From a virus (taxonomy: Duplodnaviria; Caudoviricetes): 64,000 nucleotides of DNA. Position 1 is the stretch's first letter; the number at the start of each line of letters is the position of its first letter. The stretch lies in IMG/VR virus record IMGVR_UViG_3300013383_000027, positions 1 through 64,000 of that record; one strand, given 5' to 3'. Made by a program: the position numbers and the translations under genes. Shown here in pieces: positions 56,185 through 64,000 of this stretch. Below the pieces are notes generated by a model that had not been told where the DNA came from, made no database searches, and saw nothing but the letters and a program-made list of their open reading frames with translations.

Positions 56185-56242
56185 TATTTACAAAAAATTT
56201 GACAAGGAAGATGCCATGTCTTTAGCATGGCATAGAGTTCAC
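56185..56242 (-). repeat. Hairpin repeat cassette copy 8 (compensatory stem variant) plus GTAAATA
   Basis: tatttacaaaaaatttgacaaggaag ATGCCATG tctttag CATGGCAT agagttcac. Confidence 0.9.
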
Positions 56243-56271
56243 AAAAACCGTGCGGTCTCCCACACGGTTTT
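56243..56271 (-). terminator. Intrinsic terminator after the tail tube gene
   Basis: AAAACCGTG...CACGGTTTTT hairpin with flanking A/T runs. Confidence 0.7.
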
Positions 56272-56347
56272 ATAACTCCTATGCTGAGAAAAGGCAACCA
56301 TCTCCAGAGGCTACCAGCTTCAACGCACCTCATCAATTGGAAATCAA

Positions 56348-56923
56348 TCAGACCTGGTTCGAGAATGCACCCGCGTTTACCGAACCCTTCTCAATCTGCC
56401 AGTACGTGCTCCTGAAGGAAACCGTGAAGGTGGAAACACTGGCTTCTGTGTTCGACACCGTCAATGCTCCGACATCTGCGATCCTGACACCGACGAGCTT
56501 GTACGATTCGGAGATTGTCTCCATGTCGTTGTCTAGTAGGTTGATTCGCATTATGGAGCCTGTGTTGAGACGCCTGTCCCCTTTGAGAATCGAGCCACCT
56601 TCGATATCCGGATCCCATGTCTTCGACTGCCACGCGAGAAACGCCCTGCGGATTTCTCCGTTTGCGTCGGCGTTGACAGTCATTGAGTGTTCGTTCGTCA
56701 TTTGCTGGTTTGTCGGAATCGGGAATGCATACCCCTTGAACGATACGTCGGCATAGCTTGTTGTTCTGGACGGGATCTCGAATCCTTGTCCATACATCGT
56801 TATGTCCTTCAAAACCGCATCGACATCCGAATATCCGGACGTGATGTAAAGCTCGAACATGTTTGTCGTGCGGATCTGGTTCGTCGTCAGCTTGTTGAGA
56901 AATTCGTTTAGGGCTCGTGCCAT
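56348..56923 (-). CDS. Tail tube protein, T4 gp19-like
   Basis: RTTNMFEL, FEIPSRTTSYADVSFKG, HSMTVNADANGEIRRAFLAWQ, VSTFTVSF. Downstream of the sheath gene. Confidence 0.9.
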   Translation of the reverse strand: MARALNEFLNKLTTNQIRTTNMFELYITSGYSDVDAVLKDITMYGQGFEIPSRTTSYADVSFKGYAFPIPTNQQMTNEHSMTVNADANGEIRRAFLAWQSKTWDPDIEGGSILKGDRRLNTGSIMRINLLDNDMETISESYKLVGVRIADVGALTVSNTEASVSTFTVSFRSTYWQIEKGSVNAGAFSNQV

Positions 56924-56948
56924 TTTATGTCTCCTGTTTCTATAATAT

Positions 56949-56955
56949 TATTTAC
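56949..56955 (-). promoter_or_regulatory. GTAAATA late-promoter motif for the tail tube gene
   Basis: 25 nt upstream of the ATG, with a GGAG RBS in between. Confidence 0.65.
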
Positions 56956-57006
56956 AAAAAATGACGATTGTGGTTCGCCCCATGAATTTACAAAGAAAAA
57001 ACACAG

Positions 57007-57034
57007 TTGACGATTTAAACAAAAACCGTATAAT
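57007..57034 (+). promoter_or_regulatory. Sigma70-type promoter TTGACG-N16-TATAAT for the homing endonuclease
   Basis: ttgacg atttaaacaaaaaccg tataat, 31 nt before the ATG. Confidence 0.75.
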
Positions 57035-57065
57035 ACTTACTACTTAGCTTTATCTGGAAATTCCT

Positions 57066-58796
57066 ATGACATACAAAGAAATATCGCTCTTTCTCGAAAA
57101 CTTGAATATCGGAAAATCGAAACGTGAAATTTTCCTGAAAAACCACTGTCCAGATATTTTAAATGAAATTTTAAAAGCAACGAAGTTTCTCGATGAGACG
57201 AACAAGGACGACCGTGAGATAACTTTTGCTGAACGCGTTTTCTGCATCCTGCATAATATTCACGAACGTCCAAAATGCATACAATGTGGTTCTTATGTGA
57301 TGTTTGCTAAAGATCGTGGTTGCTATCGTGAATTTTGTTCTCAAACATGTTCGAGAAAAAGCGAACAGACAAAGACGAAACGAAAAACCACAACATTGGA
57401 ACGCTATGGAAGTGAAACATTCCACAACATCGAAAAAGCAAAGAAAACAAGATTTGAACACAACAAAGGCAAATGGCATTCAGATGATTTCTCTAAAAAA
57501 GTGAAAGAGACGAAATTTGGGAAATATGGAGATGAAAACTGGAGCAATCCTGAAAAAACATCAAAGACAAATATGGGAAAATATGGCGTAGTCTATCCAT
57601 TCCAATCAAAAGAAATAAGAAGCCGTGCCGTTGAGTCTTTTATGAAAAAACACAACGGAATATCTTGTGTGTTCAAACTTCCGTCTGTTATGAAAAAAAC
57701 ACACAAAGGAATAAGAAAAAGATCATACGGTTTCATTTTGGAAGATAAGAACATAACTCCGAATTTCACAGAAGAAGAGTACGTGAACGGTTCTTCCGAA
57801 ACCGAATTTGAATTCATATGCAGCAAATGTGGTTCGAAATTCAAATCGACATGGGAGCGTGGATTTTGCAAAAGATGTCCTACATGTTATCCTGAACCGT
57901 TTGGTATGTCGAATGCAGAATGTGAACTTTATGAATTCCTGAAAAACAACTGTGGTTCTAAATGGTCTGTTTTTCATCGCACAGATATAAACAAAAACAT
58001 TTTAAATAAACGTGAAATAGATATTGTCCTGAAAAGTGTTTCAGGACAATATCTATGTATAGAATATGATGGACTTTTCTATCATTCGGAAGAAAATGGA
58101 AAACACACAAACTATCACTTGTCCAAAACAGAAGAGTGTGAAAAATCTGGCATTCAGTTAATCCATATTTTCGAGAATGAATGGATTTCAAAACAAAAAA
58201 TAGTCGAATCGAGATTATTAAACCTACTCGGAATATACGAAAACACGGTGTATGCAAGAAAGTGTTCAATAAAAACAGTAGATAAAGATACAAAAGACAG
58301 ATTTCTTGATCAAAATCACATCCAGGGAAAATGTTCATCTAGTTTTAACTGTGGTTTATATTTTGAAAATGATTTAATTTCATTAATGACTTTTGGAAAA
58401 TCTCGCTTTTCAAAAAAATACGAATGGGAATTGATAAGATTCTGCAACAAAACGGGTTATCATGTTCCTGGTTCGGCCGGAAAACTGCTAAAATTCTTTG
58501 AAAAGACAATGAAGCCAAAATCAATTGTCTCTTATGCGGACAGAAGATGGTCTGTTGGAAAACTATACTATTCACTTGGATTCAATCTAGACCACACATC
58601 AAACCCAAACTACTGGTATTTCAAGCCAAATAAACCATATGTAATCTACAACCGAATTGGGTTTCAGAAGCACAAATTACCGAAACTGCTGAAAGAATAC
58701 GACCCAAAACTTTCCGAAACAAAAAACATGGAAAACAACGGATACATGAGACTGTGGGATTGTGGAAATCTGGTATTTGTGAAGACTTGTACTTAA
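57066..58796 (+). mobile_element. Free-standing Hef-like homing endonuclease gene between sheath and tube genes
   Basis: Repeated TLERYG/KFGKYG/NMGKYG DNA-binding motifs, a zinc ribbon, nuclease core EIDIVL...IEYDGLFYHS...LIHIFENEW and C-terminal SYADRRWS...LGF domain. AT-rich, on the opposite strand, no TAG. Confidence 0.85.
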
Positions 58797-58852
58797 GTGA
58801 ACTCTATGCCAGGCTAAAGACCTGGCATCTTTCTCGTCAAGTTTTCTGTAAA
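58797..58852 (+). repeat. Hairpin repeat cassette copy 9, inverted, abutting the endonuclease stop codon
   Basis: TAA-GTGAACTCT ATGCCAGG ctaaaga CCTGGCAT ctttctcgtcaagttttctgtaaa. Confidence 0.9.
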
Positions 58853-58883
58853 AAAGAAGACCCGGTCGGGTCTTCTTTTTTTT
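58850..58883. terminator. Bidirectional intrinsic terminator between the convergent endonuclease and sheath genes
   Basis: aaaaaGAAGACCC ggtc GGGTCTTC tttttttt. Confidence 0.85.
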
Positions 58884-58900
58884 GGTTTCTTTATTTTTTT

Positions 58901-61567
58901 TTAATTCATCTCATCCCACGAACCGCCAGTTCCAAGGGCGTAGAAGTCGATGAGGATGAATTCAGCCGTCTTCACTGGCTTAAGACCAATCTTGACCTTC
59001 AACTCATTGTTGTCAATTGTGTTTGCATCATTGATTGACTCGTCACAGATGATCTTGTAGTCATAGAGACCACCACCACATTTCACCTTGTAGAAGATTG
59101 GATCAAGTGTGTCAATGAGACGCTGACGGGTGTATGCGGTGTTTCCTTCATAGACAAAGTAGCGAGCAACTTTGAATGTCTGCCTTTCGAGGCGAAGGAA
59201 GAGGCGCCTCACGTTGACCCTATCGAAAGCACTGGGCTTGACTTGGAATGTCTTCTGTCCCTCAAGGACGATACCATCTGTCGGATAGTTGATTGCGTAG
59301 TTCCAGTTCTTCTCATAAATCGTTCCGGCTTGTTTTGAGGTTGGCGAGAACGCAACGTCGGTAGCCGAAACAAGACCACGGTTCAGTCCGGCTGGGGCGT
59401 CCCAGTAATTCGCATTGGAATCTGTGTAGATGTAGACACCCATAGCCTTTATGGAAGGGGGGCACCAGAAGAAGTCTCCTGTGAACTCATCGGCAACCTC
59501 AAACCAGTCCATGTATCCGGCGCCGTAGTTTGTGTTAAGACCGGTAATGTATTTGATATACGGAAGGATGTTGGTGTCGATGCTGTTTGTAGGCTTCGAC
59601 GGACGGACAATCTTCTTCTGTCCGTCGATAACGAGTGGACGAAGACCGTCTGCAATGAACATGCAATCCTTCCTGACATTCTTACAGAAATTGTCGTACT
59701 TCTGTTCGATCGACTTCCATGTCTTGACTGCAGAATCGTTCGAGTTGATCTTCCAGAGCGAGCACGCCGTTGCGCCCGTAGCCTCATTGACCATCGCGTT
59801 TAGATCATACTTGCCCTTTCCGCCATAGACTTTCTTGATAAATGAACCGATGTTGGCAAGTCCTGCGTCCACAACGATGTCTATGTCGCGCTCGTTTACG
59901 TCAGATACCTTGTTGAAGCTGCGCGTGATACCCTCGTAGATCGAGCGGTCAAGAGAGATGTCCTCTTCTGTCATGTACGAATAAAACCCGAGTGAGGCAG
60001 AATTGTCGGTCGGTTTCGAGATTATAATGTCGCACTTCTCGATATAATTTTTCTTGTCAGACGAGGTGTTGAAGCAGTTCGAGAAGACATTGATGTACTC
60101 AGATGTTGTATTGACTATGGTATCAATAAACGTCGTGACACCAGTGTTCGGATCGACGTCTTCCTTGTAGAGCGAGCCGACGAACGCCTCGACCGGCTCG
60201 AACGCAATCTTATTGCCCTCGGACGAATCGATGTAAGTTTTGAACACGACGATGCCGATCTTCTTGAAGTGGGTCCTGTCGAACCCCTCTCCGGTCTTGT
60301 CGAGTTCTATCGTGTTGAAGTACGCGTTGGCCACCTGTGAAATCGTCTCGGGAATGTCATCGTCGCCATCCTCTGCGTGAATTCCGGCATAACCATCCAG
60401 GTAGGAATATAGCTTTGAGACGGAAGTCTGACAGTCTCCAACCGTGCTGTCTTCCTCTATCCTAAGCTCATCAAGCGCATTGGCCTCCGCGATTAGTGAA
60501 TCGGAGTTAAGCTCGTCCGCTATCTTGAGCATCTGTGCCTTGACTGCATCGGCAGCGGCATTTATGAGTTCCGGCCATTCCCTTATTGAATCGGGTGCAC
60601 CGGAAAGACCGTTTTCCTCATAGTACTTCTTCACAATCTCGTCAAGACCGGAGAGCGTCGTGTCCTCCTTAAGCTGTTCCTGGACGAGGGTCATGCATTC
60701 GGCGAGCGTATCGTTTATCTGTCCTATCGTCTCAAGATTTGACGTAAGGCTCTCATACTTGACATAGAAGTGCTTGTAAACCGAGTTAAGCTGCTCGACG
60801 AGATCCGTGTTGTAAAGCTCAGCCATGCTCTTGTCGTTGTCTTCCTCATTCGTCGCATTTCCGGCGAGAATACCTCCGGTACCGGCTCTAAGCGTATCTA
60901 TCTTGCCGAGTGGCTCGTAGAATTTGACCCGATACGGCTTTACGTCGATTAGCGACTGGGTGTAAAGGGCATTTGCGGCGGTTGTGATGACAGGAACTAT
61001 TCCGAGCAACTCCCTCTGCATACCCTTGCGCGTGTCCGCGTCAATCATCTTGTAGGTGGCGCACGTTTTGTCGACGATTACGAATGTATTGCGCCCAACC
61101 TTCTCCTCGTTCGTCCTCCATGCATCGACGGATGCGGTATCGACAAGGTAGGGGGTATCGGCGGAATCGATGACATATGCATCCCTCACCGTTTTGTCGG
61201 AGTCGTGTATCTCGTGGAACCACCCGTTTTCCTTAAGCTCATTATAATCTTCCTTGAACGTGACGTTGTACTTGTGTGCTACCATCTTGTCACGCGCCTG
61301 ATTGTCATACGGAAGACGGGCGCAATAAAGAGTTCCGTTCTGGTTGATGACCTCCATGCAGGCATTGAAGAAATACCTCTCCGCCTCGTTGTCCGGTTCA
61401 CCGTAATAGTTTATCCACGCCGTGCGCGAAGAGAATTCCATCGGGACGTAGGGTTCGCCCTTGTTGGCGAATCCCATGACAAAGCACTTCGTGCCGGTCT
61501 CGGTTTTCGCGTACTGCGACTTGTCAATTTCTTTTATCTCAACTCCAGGAGCCTGAATAGTTCTCAT
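58901..61567 (-). CDS. Tail sheath protein, T4 gp18-like (888 aa, no TAG)
   Basis: MRTIQAPGVEIKEIDKS, YWDAPAGLNRG, GQKTFQVKPSAFDRVNVRRLFL. Confidence 0.95.
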   Translation of the reverse strand: MRTIQAPGVEIKEIDKSQYAKTETGTKCFVMGFANKGEPYVPMEFSSRTAWINYYGEPDNEAERYFFNACMEVINQNGTLYCARLPYDNQARDKMVAHKYNVTFKEDYNELKENGWFHEIHDSDKTVRDAYVIDSADTPYLVDTASVDAWRTNEEKVGRNTFVIVDKTCATYKMIDADTRKGMQRELLGIVPVITTAANALYTQSLIDVKPYRVKFYEPLGKIDTLRAGTGGILAGNATNEEDNDKSMAELYNTDLVEQLNSVYKHFYVKYESLTSNLETIGQINDTLAECMTLVQEQLKEDTTLSGLDEIVKKYYEENGLSGAPDSIREWPELINAAADAVKAQMLKIADELNSDSLIAEANALDELRIEEDSTVGDCQTSVSKLYSYLDGYAGIHAEDGDDDIPETISQVANAYFNTIELDKTGEGFDRTHFKKIGIVVFKTYIDSSEGNKIAFEPVEAFVGSLYKEDVDPNTGVTTFIDTIVNTTSEYINVFSNCFNTSSDKKNYIEKCDIIISKPTDNSASLGFYSYMTEEDISLDRSIYEGITRSFNKVSDVNERDIDIVVDAGLANIGSFIKKVYGGKGKYDLNAMVNEATGATACSLWKINSNDSAVKTWKSIEQKYDNFCKNVRKDCMFIADGLRPLVIDGQKKIVRPSKPTNSIDTNILPYIKYITGLNTNYGAGYMDWFEVADEFTGDFFWCPPSIKAMGVYIYTDSNANYWDAPAGLNRGLVSATDVAFSPTSKQAGTIYEKNWNYAINYPTDGIVLEGQKTFQVKPSAFDRVNVRRLFLRLERQTFKVARYFVYEGNTAYTRQRLIDTLDPIFYKVKCGGGLYDYKIICDESINDANTIDNNELKVKIGLKPVKTAEFILIDFYALGTGGSWDEMN

Positions 61568-61604
61568 TTTCGTCCTTTGCAGTCATTAAATCGTTATTCT
61601 CTGA

Positions 61605-61611
61605 TATTTAC
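61605..61611 (-). promoter_or_regulatory. GTAAATA late-promoter motif for the sheath gene
   Basis: Exact motif in the intergenic gap between the two sheath genes. Confidence 0.65.
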
Positions 61612-61641
61612 AAGAATCATCTCGGGAAGTGTTCCGAAAAA

Positions 61642-64000
61642 TCACAAGTTCCCAATCGTCACTTCCTCTACAGAAGCTCCTTGTGACGTACAGATGAAAT
61701 TAAGGACGATGAACTCCCCCGATTTCACAGGCTTGACCCCAAACGCGCAATGAAGCTCGTTGTTTTCAATCGTGTTCGCGTTGTTGTTCCTGTCGTCACA
61801 GACAATCCTGTAATCCTGTATTCCAAAACGGCTGACGGCATCGTCAAATATTGGGGACATCGTGTCAACAAACCTCTGCATCATGTAGTCTGTTATACCC
61901 TCGTAGATAAAGAACTTGGACAGATACCTGACCCTGCTCTCGAGACCGAGGAACAAGCGTCTCACATTAACCCTATCAAAAGCCGTCTTGTCGGACTGGA
62001 ACGTCTTCTGACCCTCAATGACTATCCCGTTTATCGGGTAGTTCATGGCATAGTTCCACGACGAGTTGTAGATAGCCCACGACTGCCTGTTTGTCGGGTT
62101 GAACGCGGTGTCGACAACGTCATTCGGGAGTACGCCACGATTGAGCCCGGCCGGGGCGTTCCAGTAGTTCGAGTATGCATCGGTGTAGAGGTACACGCCA
62201 GCAGCCTTGATTGATGGAGGACACCAGAAGAGGTCTCCGGTATGCCCGTCGACACACCTGAACCAGTTGCAATACCCAGCGCCATACGATGTATTGATTA
62301 CACCGGATATGTACTTCAGCTTCGGATGGATCTGGTTCTCGATTGTGTTCTGTGGGCTTGTGTCGCGCACAAGCTTCTCGTCCCCCTGCAGGCAGAACGG
62401 TCTCGGGGCGTCTGCGATGAACATGCAGTCCTTGCGGACGTTCTTGCAGAAATCGTCATACTTTTTGAGAATCATCTCCCATTCTACGGTATGGGTTTTC
62501 GAACTCAGCTTATGCTTGTACGATATCTTCGACAGGTTGTCATAATATCCTATCTCCCGCTAATAGACCGATTTTATGAACTGACCTATATTCGACACGC
62601 CCGCATCGACGACAAGATCAACCTCAGAGGTGTTGATATCCCTATTGTGGTCGAATATATAGTCTATTGCCCTGTTTAGAGAATTCTTTACGGATATGAG
62701 CTTATCGCTGTCCGACAAGTAAAGACCAAGCGAAACGGCATCGTTCTGTGATGCAATGAAAATTGATGCCTTGTCGGCGTCGTAGAGCTTGATGTTACCG
62801 TTCTCGGAGAACCTCACGTTGCTGAAGAACCTTATGTACCTCGACCCCTAGTTGACCATCGTGTCAAGGAAAATGGACGCTTTGGTAATCGGGTCGACAG
62901 CTTTGCGGTTCAACGAGCCGACGAACGATTCAACTGCGGAAAATGATATCTTATTGTTATTCGATCTATCGACGAACATCTGATAGACGACAACACCGAC
63001 TCTCTTTAGCAGGTCCGTATCGTAATGACCATCCCTTGTGGTTATCTCCGGGAAGCTGGAGGACGCCACTAGCGAAAGCGTCACCTGCCCATCCTGTACG
63101 TCATTCTCCCCTCCGATGTCTTGTGAAAATCCTGTTATCGTCAATATGTCATTGTTAAGACCAACAAGATCGTTTGAGACATCCGCGTATTTCTCGACAC
63201 CGTTCTCATCGACATATACATACCTGTTTGTCGACTTTACGTTGCTGATTGTGCCAACGGGAGAATAGTCCTTGTTGCCCTGCCTTGAACGACCGAGCTG
63301 ATTTTGTACGTACAGTGCGTTTGCGGCGGTCGTGAACACCGGGAGAATTCCCGCATATTCGAGATTCTTATTCTTGAACGTGTCAATCTGATATCTCTGC
63401 CTGGATATGTCCACAACGACAATCCGCCCGGTCTATACGGCAAGCCTGTTCGTCTGCAACTTGTCTAGTGTCTCCATCTCAAGCATACCAGACATCTTCC
63501 CCTCCTTCCGTCCAATTGACCTTATGCCAAGGTATGTCTATATGGACCCATCTGCCACCTTCAACTCGGTGAACTTTGTGTAGAGAAGTTCGTTTTCAAG
63601 GAACGAGCATATAACCTTGATGATCTTTTCTATGCAAACCTTGAACTACTTAGCCGCTTTTCTCGTTGCAACCAACAATACCTGTTTCTTGCTTGTTTCA
63701 AGAATTCCCTGACTTTGGGTTTTAAGCACTCTTTCTATCGAATAGTCCTCATCATACACGATTCCGGAAAGGAGATCCCTCAAGTCCTCAAGCTATGTCA
63801 CGTAGTAGCTCAAACCCTTACTCCTCGCGAAACGCTCGACCCACTTGTCTGCACTAGAGAGTTCGGTTGAAAGTGTCTTCTGGAGTTCGTCAAATCCAAC
63901 AATGCTTCCGTCGTCAAGACCGTATTTGGCACTGAGACCGAGAACCTCTTTGGGATTCTGCAAAACACTCAGGAGAACATCGTACTAGTTGTTCTAAAAG
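61642..64000 (-). CDS. Second tail sheath paralog (5' end outside the window); at least 8 in-frame TAG
   Basis: YWNAPAGLNRG and GQKTFQSDKTAFDRVNVRRLFL. Fragments join through TAG at 62560, 62848, 63433, 63538 and four more. The frame is open to the window edge. Confidence 0.9.

Noticed and set aside
2472-56756. Many long plus-strand ORFs (e.g. 2472-3113, 19648-20679, 25776-26489, 40385-41143, 44967-45614) and alternative-frame minus ORFs (e.g. 19226-19843)
   Set aside because: They are shadows of well-supported minus-strand genes and have no motifs or expression signals.
1607-58852. Hairpin repeats as a CRISPR array
   Set aside because: The copies are kilobases apart with genes in between. 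There are no regularly spaced spacers and no cas genes.
194-64000. TAG-broken genes as pseudogenes or sequencing errors
   Set aside because: The interruptions are exclusively TAG, never shift the frame, and fall in essential tail genes with intact motifs on both sides.

Overview
This window is a segment of a large T4-like (myovirus, probably jumbo) phage genome. Nearly all genes are on the minus strand. The standard-code ORF track is misleading. About 75 in-frame TAG codons (hand count) interrupt genes whose frames continue cleanly past them, and every gene I could delimit ends in TGA or TAA. The phage therefore appears to reassign TAG to a sense codon, most likely Gln (code 15; the amino acid is inferred). 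Read this way, 16.1-64 kb is a tail and baseplate module: two tandem sheath paralogs, a tail tube plus two tube-fold proteins, gp26/gp51-like chaperones joined by a slippery site, two tape-measure-like proteins, gp48/53/27/25/5/6/7-like baseplate proteins, a ~2046-aa beta-propeller protein, BspA-type LRR proteins and fibre proteins. A Hef-like homing endonuclease is inserted on the plus strand. The span 1.7-16.0 kb is a 15-gene operon behind a sigma70-type promoter and is almost TAG-free. It encodes six radical SAM enzymes, a protein with a Cys-rich C-terminus (candidate substrate), an amidinotransferase, a DegT-type aminotransferase, an epimerase, a nucleotide-sugar dehydrogenase, a deacetylase-like protein and glycosyltransferases. 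This operon is the best candidate for an undescribed modification system. A ~45-60 bp hairpin cassette with a compensatory stem change recurs nine times just after stop codons, usually fused to a GTAAATA late-promoter motif. I found no tRNA, rRNA or CRISPR array. All coordinates, counts and family calls come from manual reading with no database search.
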